Below, one piece after another: positions 1-12,727 of a DNA stretch of 64,000 nt; positions within the stretch are counted from its first letter, which is position 1, and every line of letters begins with the position of its first letter. Source of the stretch: Callorhinchus milii (taxonomy: Eukaryota); assembly GCF_018977255.1 (NCBI RefSeq), contig NW_024704742.1:113772001-113836000 (forward strand), read 5' to 3'. A program made the position numbers and the translations under genes. The notes under the pieces were generated by a model, which worked only from the letters and a program-made list of their open reading frames with translations, had not been told where the DNA came from and did not search any database.

Positions 1-589
1 TACGTTATATAGATGAGAAGCAGATGTTTAATCATACTGAACAAGAACAGGTTTTCTACAACATATGGACAGCTATCAAAACATAATATATACAGTGCAT
101 ACTACTTCCTTGTAACTTTGTCAACATGACTGTGCTATGAATAATATGGCATCATTGCAATATGAATCCATGGAGCTGGCCCTCCATCTGAAAAAGTCTT
201 ATAAAACAGTGATGTTAACGGATACAACAAGGCTCTTTGTGGGACTCTGCTTATGTCAAAGGCTGCTGTCTTTAAAAAAAGTGATTACTACACTTGATGG
301 TAAATACCTGTGAAATGTTTTTGAGACATTTTGGTGAAGTAAACTGCTAATAAAAAGCAAGGCCATCTTTATTTAAAATAATTTTTCAGTCATGTTTTCC
401 TTTATCAGACGATAATGGATTTCTAATAAAATAAACAGGTCTTTATCATAAAAATGTCAGTTGAGATGAATTAAGAGATTATTAGAAAAGGTAGAATAGA
501 TTGCAGACATCAACAAGGGAAATTCAATGACATTTCTTAGCTTTGCTCACAACATTTAATAGATGAAATGTGTCCTTTAGGGAATGATT

Positions 590-850
590 TGGGAACAGAG
601 ATTACAGAGGATCAGGAAACAGCAAATATATTAAATAGATTCTTCACATCAGTGTTTACTTTGTCAAATTCCGTAACCTGTCACTTTAGGAATCTATAAC
701 ACTCATGGACATCATCAAAGCATGTCCTCAAAAGCTCAAAACAATTAAATGTCTACAAGGCACCTGCACCAGCTGGGATCACTCTAGAATTCTCAATGGA
801 ATGAAAGAGGAAATAGGTTTGATTTTCGTTAATATTTTTAAGATTTTTTT
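590..850 (+). mobile_element. CR1 ORF2 fragment
   Basis: ANILNRFFTSVFT followed by a decayed KAPGPDGIHPRIL-like motif. Confidence 0.7.
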
Positions 851-1406
851 CCCCCGAACAAGGCAGAGCAAGCCAATCATTCCCAACCTTGCTCGGGTCC
901 ACTGATTCCCCAACTCCCAGAGGATTGAGTTAAAGTTGGCCACCACTAGTCTAGACTATGCGAGTTTAAAGTCCCAACTTGGGGCTTGAACCCACAACCT
1001 TCTGACTCTGAGTTAGAAAGAAGCATATGCATTAAGGAATAAATGATATTCACCTACTTGATCTAAAAATGGATTAACAATAGAAAGCAAAAAGTAATGA
1101 AAAATGGAAATTAAGTAAGAAGCACTGTTTACATAAAAAGTTATATGCACTTATATAGCACTTTTCACACAAAAGGCAGACCTCTTCATTAAAAAAATGC
1201 ATATGTTACCAAAAAAAATGCATATGTTACAAAACTCTAAGCTAGCTGACAAGTACAAGTTTCTGGCAGGCATGGCTATTTGAGAATCCAGGTCATGAAT
1301 ACCTCATAATAAACCGTGTTATAGCTTTTCTGTCCACGGTATTCCAAACAGGGCCACAGTTGAGAGCATTGCAAAGATATTAGAAGAATAAAAGAAAGTT
1401 AACACT

Positions 1407-1727
1407 ATAATAATAATAATAATCCTTGCATTTGATATAGCGCTTTTCACGTCGGGAGGACGTCCCAAAGCGCTTCACAGAACACACTGTAAAGTGAATT
1501 GACTGCATATTTGTGGGTGAAACACGGCAGCCAATTGCGCACAGCAATGTCCCACAAACAGTCGTAGATTGAAAATGACCAATTTATTATTGTTTTTGGT
1601 TTTGGAGGGATTATTATTAGGCGTGTGGAGTAAGAAAACTTGCCCAAGGTTTCGCCCTGCCTGGAATTGAACTCAGGTCTCTCGCTTGCAAAGCGAGTGC
1701 TCTAACCACTGAGCTACAGGACTCCAC
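1407..1727 (-). mobile_element. Young tRNA-head/Deu-domain/L2-tail SINE, full length
   Basis: 5' gtggagtcctgtagctcagtggttagagc (A box)...gagttcaattcc (B box); Deu-like core tttgtgggacattgctgtgcgcaattggctgcc; tail gggacgtcctcccgacgtgaaaagcgctatatcaaatgcaagg(att)n. Confidence 0.92.
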
Positions 1728-3499
1728 TAAAACATCACATAGAGTTTAAATATTTCCTCACAGACTCCGAGATATTTGAGCATCACATTCACTACTAGAA
1801 GGCCTATTTCTGTTCTTGAAACAAGGAAATCTCCAATTTCAGCCTTAAAACAAATCACGCTTCCTTTATCTGGGAGAATCTTATCTGTCTCATTATTGAC
1901 CATCTCAGAGAGATCAGTTATTATTTTGTAGTGAAATATTTTTTCAGTAAGGACTTAATGGCAGCTAAAATAATATTCTTTTGATTGCCGACTCTTAACA
2001 GTTTGAGAAAGAATAAAATGTGATATAGATATGGGAGGGAGGGAGGGAGGGAGCGGCAGAAAGACAACTTCAAAGTCTTGCTTCTTTCTAATTGCAATTG
2101 GACTTTGCATTTGCATGAGAGTTTGTCAACTATCCAATCATTCAGCAGTTGGAGTTACCACCCATATTTTAAACACTGACTTTTAAAAAAATCCATATTA
2201 TAGCTATCCCAAAGGACAAGTACTGTAGCAGACAAAACTAACTTGGATCATTTTAGCCCCACTGCTCTGTGTGAGGTATTAAAGTACCATTGAAAAGTAT
2301 TATGTCTGCAATCTACACTGCAAGAGAGCTACTGCATTCTTTCTCTAATAGTGTGAGCTCTTATTTCAGAGCTAGTTCAATACAGTTTTACATGACATCA
2401 ATCTGAAAGTCATAGATTGTCAGTCTTTTCAAGTTGAGGTAAACGTCACTGCGAAACCACTAGAAAATTAAATAAACACATTTATAGTGTTTCTGTTTTA
2501 CAGCCATAGGCCTATGGGGTGTGGAAAACACCAGAGAACTGGTATGAAAATGCTGCTCTTTGCATACATTTTAAGTGAATTCAAAATGAGTGTAAGAATG
2601 GCTTACTATGCAGAAAGTCTTCATATTTAATGGTACATTCAGCACCTTGGGACATCCTCCTGATATAAAAGGCATTATATAAATTCAATTTATTGCCATT
2701 GTTGGTTCATAACAATGTACCTTTACTTATACTTCTTCTCTTTTCCGTGATATTCAAATAGTTTCTTTTCCAAATCTTGACCATGTATTATATGTGAGAA
2801 TGATTCTGAAGTCATAATCTTGGAAAATAATGTGTACATTTCAGAGCATGCAGCTGAAGTCCAAACCTTTATGGCCTCAAGGTTGTGAAATGTCAGACTG
2901 CAGCTGCCCAGCTTACGACTGGGACGTACATCTTAATGTAGCACTCTCAGTGCTCAAGACCAACAAACAGTGTGGAACCTAATGTCAGCATTAGCCACAA
3001 GATGTTAACAAGAGGGCTGGGGTCTGCTTTATGTCTTAGTTCCTTTTCCATACCACCTACATCCTTTATAAACTCAGGGGAATGAATAAAATATTTGGTG
3101 CCATGGCAGTGTTGCTCACTGGAAGTGAAATATCTCATATTTCAACATTACTAGTCAGTAAGTTTTATATACTATTCCAAAACCTTTTACTCAATGTGAT
3201 AATTTGTTTGTAACCAAGAATAAGTAATTTAGATCAATATACACTTAAAGTTCATCTTAAAAAAGCAATTATCTTATCAAGATTGAAAAGATGATATCTT
3301 GCTGGTGACGATGAGCTATGAGCGCTATCTCCCCAGTGTATATGACTGACAGTGAGCCTGCGGTACAATGTCCAAACTGGCAACGGAAGGCCAATTCCAG
3401 CAGCGTGTCTCAAAGTCGCATCCTGCTGCATAACGGAGGGAAGGGAAAAATAAAAACTTTCTTTATTCAACTTCTGCACATTTTCTTTGTTTTGTGTAT

Positions 3500-3760
3500 A
3501 CAATTCATAGAATATCACAGTCCAAAATAAGTCATTCAACCCATCAAGTCTGCACTGGTGTTTTTCTCTGCTTAAGCTACCCAATCTAAATCATTCTTCT
3601 ACTCATTTCCTACTTGCTTTAATATTCCTGATTTTTAAGCATCTAATTCTTTTGAAAGAATTTCTAAATGTTACGTATCATTATGGATCTAATAAGGATA
3701 ACAAGCAGTGAAGAGATTATTTACTTTGGTCACTATTTACTGCACCTTCCTCCAAAGTGA
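3500..3760 (-). mobile_element. CR1 3' end
   Basis: Minus strand: cagtgcagacttgatgggttgaatgac...ctgtgatattctatga, the CR1 terminal pattern. Confidence 0.65.
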
Positions 3761-4839
3761 TTGTTAGCTAAAATTCCCTTTGTAGAAATTAATCATTAAA
3801 ACATTTTTAAGTTCGAGACATGCTGTGAATATTCAAGTTAAAAGATGGTTCTGGGAGACTGCTTTAGCATTGCAGGAAATGTTAGAATTCTAGTTGAGAT
3901 AAGTAAGGAGGCCTGGAATATTGATTGGCGGAGGTTTATGAATGGCGAAAGGCGGAGTTGTTAAATCAAAAATATCATTCTTTCTGCTTCAATTTCAATA
4001 AGGCAGCCGTAAATAGGATCTCTGTTTAGTTTCCCCTTCATGAAACTAAATAACTTCTGAGCTCTAAGAAGAAATACACAAAACTCCAGATTTTCTAGAA
4101 TTAAGAGAACTTAAAAAGTAACACCATGGAACACCTAAGGGGAAAGTGCTTCAAAATGAAATTGGTTATGCCTTCATCGGCAGTTTGTAACAAAGGAATT
4201 AAGAAATTAACATGAGATTTTGCTGATGATCATGGCACTAATTTTTAATCACAAAATAAAAGCAGATATTTTGGAGCTTGTGGGGCTTTTAGGATCTATT
4301 AAGATAGACAAATCAGAGGAGAAAATTCACACAAAAAAACAGGTAAGTTCTGTGAAAATCTTTCACTATCACTCATTCTCTTTCTTTGAGTCTCTAATTT
4401 TTGGTCTCTTTTTAAGATTATCTATCTGAAATTCAAGACTGTATAGAAGTATTACAGACTTACATTCTTGGGCATTTAAAAGATCCAGTTATGCGCATGC
4501 ATAAAATTACAAAAACAATGTTACACTTATATAGTGCTTTTCACGTGAGGAGGACTTCTCCAAGCGCTTCAAACGTAGGAATACATCCAAGGTTATAAAC
4601 GCTTACATCTTTTCCTTGATAACTGTACATGCAACCTTGTGCATGTGCGCAATTGAAACATTGCCCTCCTCCACCGCTACCTCTCCCCTCAGGCCACCAA
4701 GACCCTTATTTATCAAGACCCTTACTGTGCACTAACGGATGTTTTCACCACAGAATAGTTAATCCACTTTACAGTGTATCCTGTGAACGGCTCTGAGATG
4801 TCTCGACAAAGTGATAAGGCGCTGGAGCAAATGCAAGGT

Positions 4840-5300
4840 TTACTCTCACCTGGCTCCACTGGCTCTCCATCCCCCAGAGTTGAATTCAAGATCCTCATCG
4901 TTACTTTGAAATCCTTCACAGGCCTGCCTCACTCTACCTCTGTGACTTTCTTAAACTCTAACAATCTGCCCACTCCCTCCGCTCGGCAGTCATTGGCCTG
5001 CTTCACGTCCCTCGCCCTGTCTGCCCCACCAGCGGTGGTTGAGCTTTCAGCCTATCTGTCCCTACTCTCTGGAACTCCATCCTGGAGTCCCTTTGCTTCG
5101 TCTCTTCCCTCACATTCTGCAAGGTCTGTCTCAAGATCTTCCTCTTTAACCACACCTCACTGATTTACCCACCCAAACCCCCTTGCCTCCCACCCCTCCC
5201 GAATCCAACCCCCAGCTTGTGTGCAAACTATCAACTGTCCAGCAGCTCGGGAAGTCCTCCCGAAGTGAAAAGCATTATATAAATACAATTTGTTGATGTA
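4840..5300 (+). mobile_element. L2 LINE 3' part
   Basis: RVEFKILIVTLKS, ctctggaactcc, tail gtcctcccgaagtgaaaagcattatataaatac. Confidence 0.85.
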
Positions 5301-6674
5301 CATGAGAATACAGTAGAATATTTTCCTTTTTGCTATTCAATATAAATCTTAATAATTAACTAAATGTACTTGGAAACATTTAATCGCCTTCCTCATCACA
5401 GTCACATCTGGGAGCTTTATTTCATGCTCCTACTTCCACAGCAAAAACAAGATACAGTTATGTGGTATACTTCAGCTGTCTGGGTCTTTTGAGTACATAG
5501 AAACAGTGCATTAATACAATTCCATTGTGTCCTTGTACACAATAATAACAAGCTCTCAATTTTGTCCATAAAACTGGAACACGGGTTTTTTTTGGTTACC
5601 TGGGTATCTGACACACATAGAAAAGTATGCTTTGATCACCATGCATAAGAATATCCAAGGCATACACAGTTCCATATATGAGTATGCCAGCTATATATGG
5701 AAATGACCAGTGTCTGCAATGACAAGCGTATTCTCTCCCTGGAGCTACAGTCTGCCCCTCCAAGTCTTACCAACAAGCCGGGCCAGCCTGTCACTAGCAG
5801 TGCCTTGGAGTACTACAGACCTGCTTGGCTCAGGACCAGACTACATGAATGATTTGCTTCCAATATTCTGTAGCCAACCATATCACCTTGGAAACAATTC
5901 AGCCCCAAATAGACGCTGCTTAGTTCCCTCTAAGGAAGATAGAAAAAAGAGAAAGAGAAAAGCATTTATCTTCTCTTTCTCCCCTTTTTCTAGCTCATAT
6001 TTCTATGTTTTGCTGTGATGAAGAGATCTGCAAATTATGTTGGCTACAATAAATATATTTCGAAATAAACGTACCAATCAAATTAAAACAAAATATTTTG
6101 AACATTTTAACAGTTGGAGTACTTTCCATTTTGTTTGCAAACCCAGCCACTTCATTCACTAGTCCACTGCATTGTTTGAGCAGATTGAGCTTTTGATGAG
6201 CTGGAAAATGACAATCTTCTTCTCACACCCCATTGTAACTTCCTCCGAATCACTTTACATCTCCATTGACTGATTGCTTATTCACCGTGCACATACTGCA
6301 CTCACAGTCCTGGCATTTCAAGTCTTATCTGTCTTTTCCTACTCTGCTGAGGGTATTCTGATGTCAGATCAAAGATTTTATAAGTAGTACTTTCAAACGC
6401 CCATATCTGATTTGAAGTTGTCCAAAACTGGTTGCAAGATGTCAAACTGAAAATCAAAAAATGATGCTGTAGGAACATTTGTCCATCTGCTTCAACATAA
6501 TTTGCATTGAATTAGAATTTACTTGATTCTGTATATTAATGGCAGCAATCTACTAATCTTTAATTTTCATTGTATTGTGAAGCTGCTCTGCTGTAGAAGT
6601 CAAGGGAAGCTGTGATGTCCAGGACTTTATCAAATGGCAGATTGAGGTGGAGAGATCTGATTTAGATACAAGAC

Positions 6675-6820
6675 CAGAGAGAGAGAAACACACACACATT
6701 CAAACACACACACAAGGTTAGAGAGGCACAGGATTAGAGAAAACAAACACACACGGACAAAAATAGAGGCAACAAAATAATGAGAGAGCAAAAGAGAGAG
6801 AGAGAGAAACAGGCACACAC
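6675..6820. repeat. Compound (GA)n/(CA)n microsatellite
   Basis: Directly visible. Confidence 0.85.
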
Positions 6821-7199
6821 ATTATCTCAATTAGTGCAGATATCAGACGTTCCGATATATCCCTGGAATGAATAGTACTGGTATGATTAGTTTGACATTA
6901 ATTATAAACAAAATCACTTAAGATCTTTGGTAAATAAATTGTATTACCATTCGTGAAAATCAGGCATATAAATGTACTACAAAAACAGAAGTCGCTGGGA
7001 ACACTCAGCAGGTCAGGCAGCATATAAATGTACTACTTTGTGTGCGAAGATGTAACCAAACCAGTAAATGTGATATATACACTATCAGGAAATTACAGTA
7101 CTTCAAAAGAGACCATTAGTGAAGGTGAGAGCTCATTGATTTAAAGGGAAAGCAGTAAAACTGATTTAAAACGTGACTAGAAAATAGGAGACAGAACAA

Positions 7200-7650
7200 T
7201 TATTATTTGAGCTGCATGGTGACTCGTGGTAACCATAAGGAAATAGTTTTTGGACCAAAGTTTCCACAAACTAAAAGGGACCCATACAAGGTAATCAAAA
7301 GCAGAACTGATAAATTCACTGATAAGACAAAATCTTTAAATACTGAGGAGAGAAGATAAGGGGAGGCCAATAAATTGGTTGGGCTACAAGGCAAGGTAAA
7401 AATTAGAAGCAACATCTTCTTACATCTGGTTGTTAACTTGTGAAATAAATTTCTGTCAAGTTTAGTAAACAGAGGATCTGTGAACTCTTTGAAAAGGTAA
7501 CTTGGAAAAGATTCTATTTGAAGATTCTGAGGGAAGTAAGGTTAAAGGTAGAAGATAATGTAAAACTGAGCTGGGATAAAGAGGATAATACTAGATAGGG
7601 GCCATCATCAGCATCAACTCAGTGGACAGATGTCCTTTTCTTATTCTCTG
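7200..7650 (+). mobile_element. Old CR1 3' portion
   Basis: Decayed ORF2 C-terminus (attagaagcaacatcttcttac...gttgttaacttgtgaaat) and a CR1-like 3' UTR. Confidence 0.55.
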
Positions 7651-9679
7651 ACAGAAGAGTTGTTATTTGGTTTATATCATACTCAGCCATTATAAATACA
7701 ATGTTGAAAGGGTTTTGCTTATTACCTCACTATTTTTAAAAGTGTACTCTATGCAAGGACTGCATAATTCAGGTAACATTTACAAGACACCCTTTTGCAA
7801 ACTTTATTTTCCATCTGGATTCTGTGTGGATACATATGTATGAGTTTATAACATTAATACTATATCATTAACTTCCAACACTACAAACATTGCCTTAAAG
7901 CAAAATACCAATAAATATGCGACACTTTGGTAGCTCTATCAACAAAAAATGGTGCCTCCAAGCACACCAAACTAAATTAGTTATTTTCTTAGAAAGAATA
8001 TATATGAAACATTTCAACACTCTAACTTTGTGATGTTTATATTACAACTCAAACTGGTCAGCATTGTCATAACAACTCTCAATCTCTGAAGCGGAGATCC
8101 TGCAATGGAATAAAAAGCCTTTTCTCAGCCCGGTTTACAAGCATATAAAAAACAAATCATTTCAAAGTCATTCAAGTGTCTGAGGTCAACGACTATACCA
8201 AACAGACAGCTTCCTGTGGAAAGATTTAGAGAGAAAGAATATGTGGAATGTTGATCAAAAGGAAATAGAAGACTGGTGAGTGTACAATTCATCTATTTCT
8301 CTACTTTTAAATCTTAAGTCTTGCTGTTTGCACTCGGTTGTATTCTTACATAGAACTCTATTTTGTACCTTTTCCACAGAATTTGCTGATATAGAGAAAC
8401 ACCAGAAAACTACAACAGAGAACTCTATCATAAGGGATCCCTGGACTGCAAAGTTTCCACTCAGCAGCAGGGCACAGCAATCATTTTGGGGCTCTGTATT
8501 GAATGCTATGTGGATAAGAACGTGCAACACTAGCATAATAGGCCCACTCTTCTACAGCAACAACAAGATTACATTTGTATAGCGCCTTTCACGTCAGGAG
8601 GACGTCCCAAAGTGCTGGGCAGTGTACAGCATTTCAGACTAAGGTCAGTTTTAAGACACAATGTTGTGGCAGAAGAGGGAAGTTTTCTTTGGATGTAGTT
8701 GTACCATTCCTGACCAGAAAAAAGGGTGGGCGAGGAGGGGGGGGGGGTTTACAGATGCAGACACTGGGTGCCTCAAATCATTTCCCAGGACTTCAAATCC
8801 CTAATTTTGTACAGCTCAAAAATAACCACATACTAAAATAACATGATTTTTAGAGTTCTCAAACAGTACTGGATTTCCTAATTTGATCTAAAAAAATACC
8901 AGCAATGTAATCTTGATACAAATGAGAAAATATATTTTAAGGTTACTGTGAGAAGCATATCTGTTATTGCATCAGCAGTAGATAATCCAGTTGCAAAGTT
9001 ACTTCCAGTTACAGAATGATTTGAAATGATACCAGCAACCCTGAATTCTTTTCCCAAGGGGCTGAGTTCAAGGAAAGCTGCCTTCTGTGCATGCATTCAG
9101 CTCCACTCCTCAGAACCAGGATAGAGATTTGTTTCCTAATAGTATTAAAAGTAAATGGAATGCTAAGGTACTTTTCTTACTTTTAAAACCAGCTGCAGTA
9201 CAATTTGATTTAGCATGTATACTACTTAGATTCAAAAGAGAATTAAGATAAAATACTTTGAGAATCCTAAACTTCTAGGATCAATTCAGTATTGAAACTG
9301 GCTTGAATCCTTGCTAAAAGTAAAATTAAGGCATACATTTCACAAAAAATAAAACATTCATCTATTGAGCTCCTTTACTGCAATACATTTATCAACACCT
9401 TTATATTATTAGGAATCAAGCTCTGCCACTGTCAAGCGCTCTGAGACAATATGCTGCGTGGAGGGCGCTTTATAAGGCAAACTGTAGTTGTTTATATAAA
9501 ACAGCAGACTCACACATTTCCAATTAAATCTACAATGGAAATTTCCCTGAATAATGACTGATAACCTGCTACTTCAACTCCATCAATTTCTATACAATTT
9601 ATTTTGCCACATCACTGTCAAAGCAGTAGTAATAATAATAATCCTTGCATTTGATATAGCGTCTTATCATGTCTTCGAA

Positions 9680-10340
9680 ACAACAACAACAAAATAATTT
9701 TGTATAGCGCCTTTCACGTTGGGAGGACATCCCAAGGCGTTGGACAATCAACGTTTCGGACCTGAGCTGGGGGTTGGGATCGGGGAGGGTGGAGGATAAG
9801 GGGAGAAGGAGGGTGACCAAAGGCACGGTCAAAGAGAAGGGTCTTGAGACGGGTCTTGAAGGAAGCAAGGGATTGGGCAAAACAGAAGGACTGCGGACGA
9901 AGTTCCAGAGGGTGGGGGCAGAGTGGCTGAACCCACCCACCAATGGTGGGGCGGGCGAGACAGGGGACGTGAAGCAGGCCGGAGTCTGCTGAGCAGAGAG
10001 AGTGGGCAGGTTGGTAGGGAGTTAGGAGGTTGGTAGGGAGTTAGGAGGTTGCAGAGGAAGGGGGGAGCAAGGCCATGGAGAGCTTTGAAAGTGAGGACCA
10101 GGATCTTGAACTGTAATGGGAAGCCAGTGGAATTGGGCGAGGATGGAGGTGATAGAGTTGCAGAGCCTGGTGCGGGAGAGGACAAGGGCTGCAGAGTTCT
10201 GAATGATCTGCAGTCTATGGAAGGAGGAGTTGGGGAGGCCGACAAGCAGGGAGTTTGCATCGTCGAGCCTGGATGTTATGAATGCGTGTATGAGGTCTTG
10301 GAAGCCTGCGGTGTGAGACAGTGGTGGAGCCAGGCAATGT
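9680..10340 (-). mobile_element. L2 LINE 3' part
   Basis: FKILVLTFKALHGLAPPFL, APTLWN; tail ccttgggatgtcctcccaacgtgaaaggcgctatac...(gtt)n. A SINE tail stub abuts at 9628-9680. Confidence 0.9.
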
Positions 10341-12360
10341 GAGAAGTATTTTTATAAAGTGCAAATGTGCTGGCCTCATAATCTTTCACGTAGGTTTGAT
10401 TGATGCTATTTGCAGCTTTATATGTGATAATACCAATTTCTGCCATCTTGAAGTTGGCTTGCAATCAGGTCAACTTCAAGGATTCAGAGGCTGTAGTAAT
10501 AAGCTCACATTTGCGTTACTTTAAAACGTCGTTCATCCATTTGTTTGACGTTCAACTAAATTACTACATTTTAAGTTCACCCCACCTCAGCATAGTGTCA
10601 AAAGCATTTGTTTATTTGCCTGGAGAAACTATTTTTACAATATTCAGGTGTCAATCCACAAGTGTCAGACCTGCACATGATTTGCTGACTCCTATCCATT
10701 CTCTGTAGTCTTGCTTTTACCTATCCTCCTTCTTCATGGTCTCCAACTGCTCTTATACACTAATGTTCTGGAGCTGCACAGTGAACATCAGTCAAACTAA
10801 TCACTCTTCTGTATCCAAAGATGCAGTAAAATGTAATCAGAACAATTCCAGAAAAGCAGTTACTTGAACATTAAACAAATATACTAACCTAAATCACTTG
10901 ATCAAATAATCTGTGGTTTAGCAAGATCTTGTGATTTGCAGTAAGTCAATCCCACATAATTCACTCTCCTTTTCTGTTGAAATAAATGTGATAACATTGG
11001 CAATCATTTTACAAAGTAAAGTGAGACTGGCCTTATATGACTTTGATATCTGGCCCAAAGAAAATACTCATATGATATCATAGCTTCGTAATATTTTACT
11101 GTTTCCTTAAATATTTCTACACACTTGATGTGTATTTTTATATACAGGCTGTTGCTATAGCGACTACAAATTCATAAATGAATATGGTAAAAATATGGCA
11201 AACCAACTGTAATCCAGTAAACATATCAATTTAATGTTCTTGCTCAATTATGGTGCAACAGTGAAGTCAATTATGCTAATAGTGTCAAATCCAGTAAAAT
11301 ATCAAATCTTGGCAAGACAAATGCTTTAAGAATACTTCCGCCAGCATTTTATGTCTTATTTTCCCTGCCTTTCTTGATAATTAAGATAAGAAACACTCTG
11401 AGACCCTACCCATGAGAAGGGTACTATATAAATGCAAGTTGTTGCTGCTGTTGTTCCTAACTTGATAACCGGTCTAGATGTGGTACAAGATTCCTGCTGC
11501 CTGTCAGTATCTTATCCAAGTGTAATTGTTGAGGTAAAGACTCACAAACTATTTGACATGGCAACCACACATATGCACTTTTTAGATAGGGTCACTGGAC
11601 AGCAATCAAAAGCAGAAATCCAAGCTGACTTTTCACACCCTAGCACAAGATTATCGATCATAGAACACCAAGCAACCAACATGACACAGGAATGGAAGAT
11701 CAAACCAATCAGGTCCATGAGACTATACTGCATCATGTGCAGCACCTTATTCGCTTTACCAATGGTGGTAGCTTGTTTTGACAATAATCTGTGTTTACAA
11801 GTGATCAGGAGGAACGACTGGAGCTAAATTAAAATATGTTTCACTCCAAAGAGATATATACTTATCAGCTGTAGCTCCCAGTTCAAGTCTAATTTAAAAC
11901 AAACATTCGTCACTGGTAGTCAACATCCTGTTGATCCTACTAAAGGTATGAGGATAATAATGGAATAGGAAATCGGAATCACAAAAATGGGCCAAATCTC
12001 AAAATCTTCCCATTACAAATTGCTAAAACTTAATACTCTATGGAAACAGAACCTGACATAAGGTAAAGCACCCCTCACCTTGGGGTCCTGGAGTATTAAC
12101 TGGCTTCTGTCTAAATGTACACAGAAATAGCTGGAGTTGTAGCTTGGCAGCGAGAGACACAACACAGTTCGGTATGAATCATAGAACCGAAGACATGTTT
12201 GTACATTATTTGCATTTACCAGCACATTGGAGCCACGTCAGGAACATGTTTAAAATCTACTTGCTCTGAAAAGTGCAATTCATTAAATAGGTACAAAAAA
12301 ATGTTATGCAATAGCTTGCCTAAAACTAAAATTATTTATAAATCCTGAGGATTTTATGCA

Positions 12361-12727
12361 TAATAATCCTTACATTTGATATAGCGCCTTATCACGTATT
12401 CAAGACTTCTCAAAGCGCTTCACAGAATATGCTGTAAAGTGAACTGACTGTATATTTTGTGGGCGAAATGCGGCAGTCAATTGTGCACAGCAGTGTCCCA
12501 CAAACATTAGTGGATTGAGTGACCGATTTATTAGTTTTTTTTAAGGAATTATTACCCCTGGAAAAGCGAACCGCCAATTGACGGGTTCGCGTCCGGTTCC
12601 TACTTACTGCTAGGTAAAGAGATGTGTGTGGAGTGAGGAAACTTGCCCAATATTTTGCCCTGCTGGGAATCGAACCCAGGTCCCTCGCTTGTGAGGCGAG
12701 TGCTCTAACCACTGAGCTACAGGATTT
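12361..12727 (-). mobile_element. SINE, long variant with extra ~70-bp internal segment
   Basis: Same head, core and tail as 1407-1727 plus an extra segment at ~12557-12625. Confidence 0.88.

Noticed and set aside
1190..1230. ~21-bp tandem duplication aaaaaaatgcatatgttac
   Set aside because: Ordinary slippage duplication with no further structure.
1447..1647. Recurrent MGKFPYSTRLIII... ORF family (also 16764, 18702, 60060, 62751)
   Set aside because: These are readings of SINE copies with inconsistent frames and stops, not a peptide family.
1655..1727. tRNA-like sequences at SINE 5' ends
   Set aside because: A and B boxes are present, but they run directly into the SINE body; they are SINE heads, not tRNA genes.
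3440..3590. Minus-strand frame FRLGSLSREK..., resembling the start of XRCC4 exon 4 (FRLGSFNLEK)
   Set aside because: No AG acceptor or pyrimidine tract precedes it, downstream similarity is poor, and the DNA reads as a CR1 3' end. Exon 4 probably lies left of the window, though I may have missed a diverged exon.
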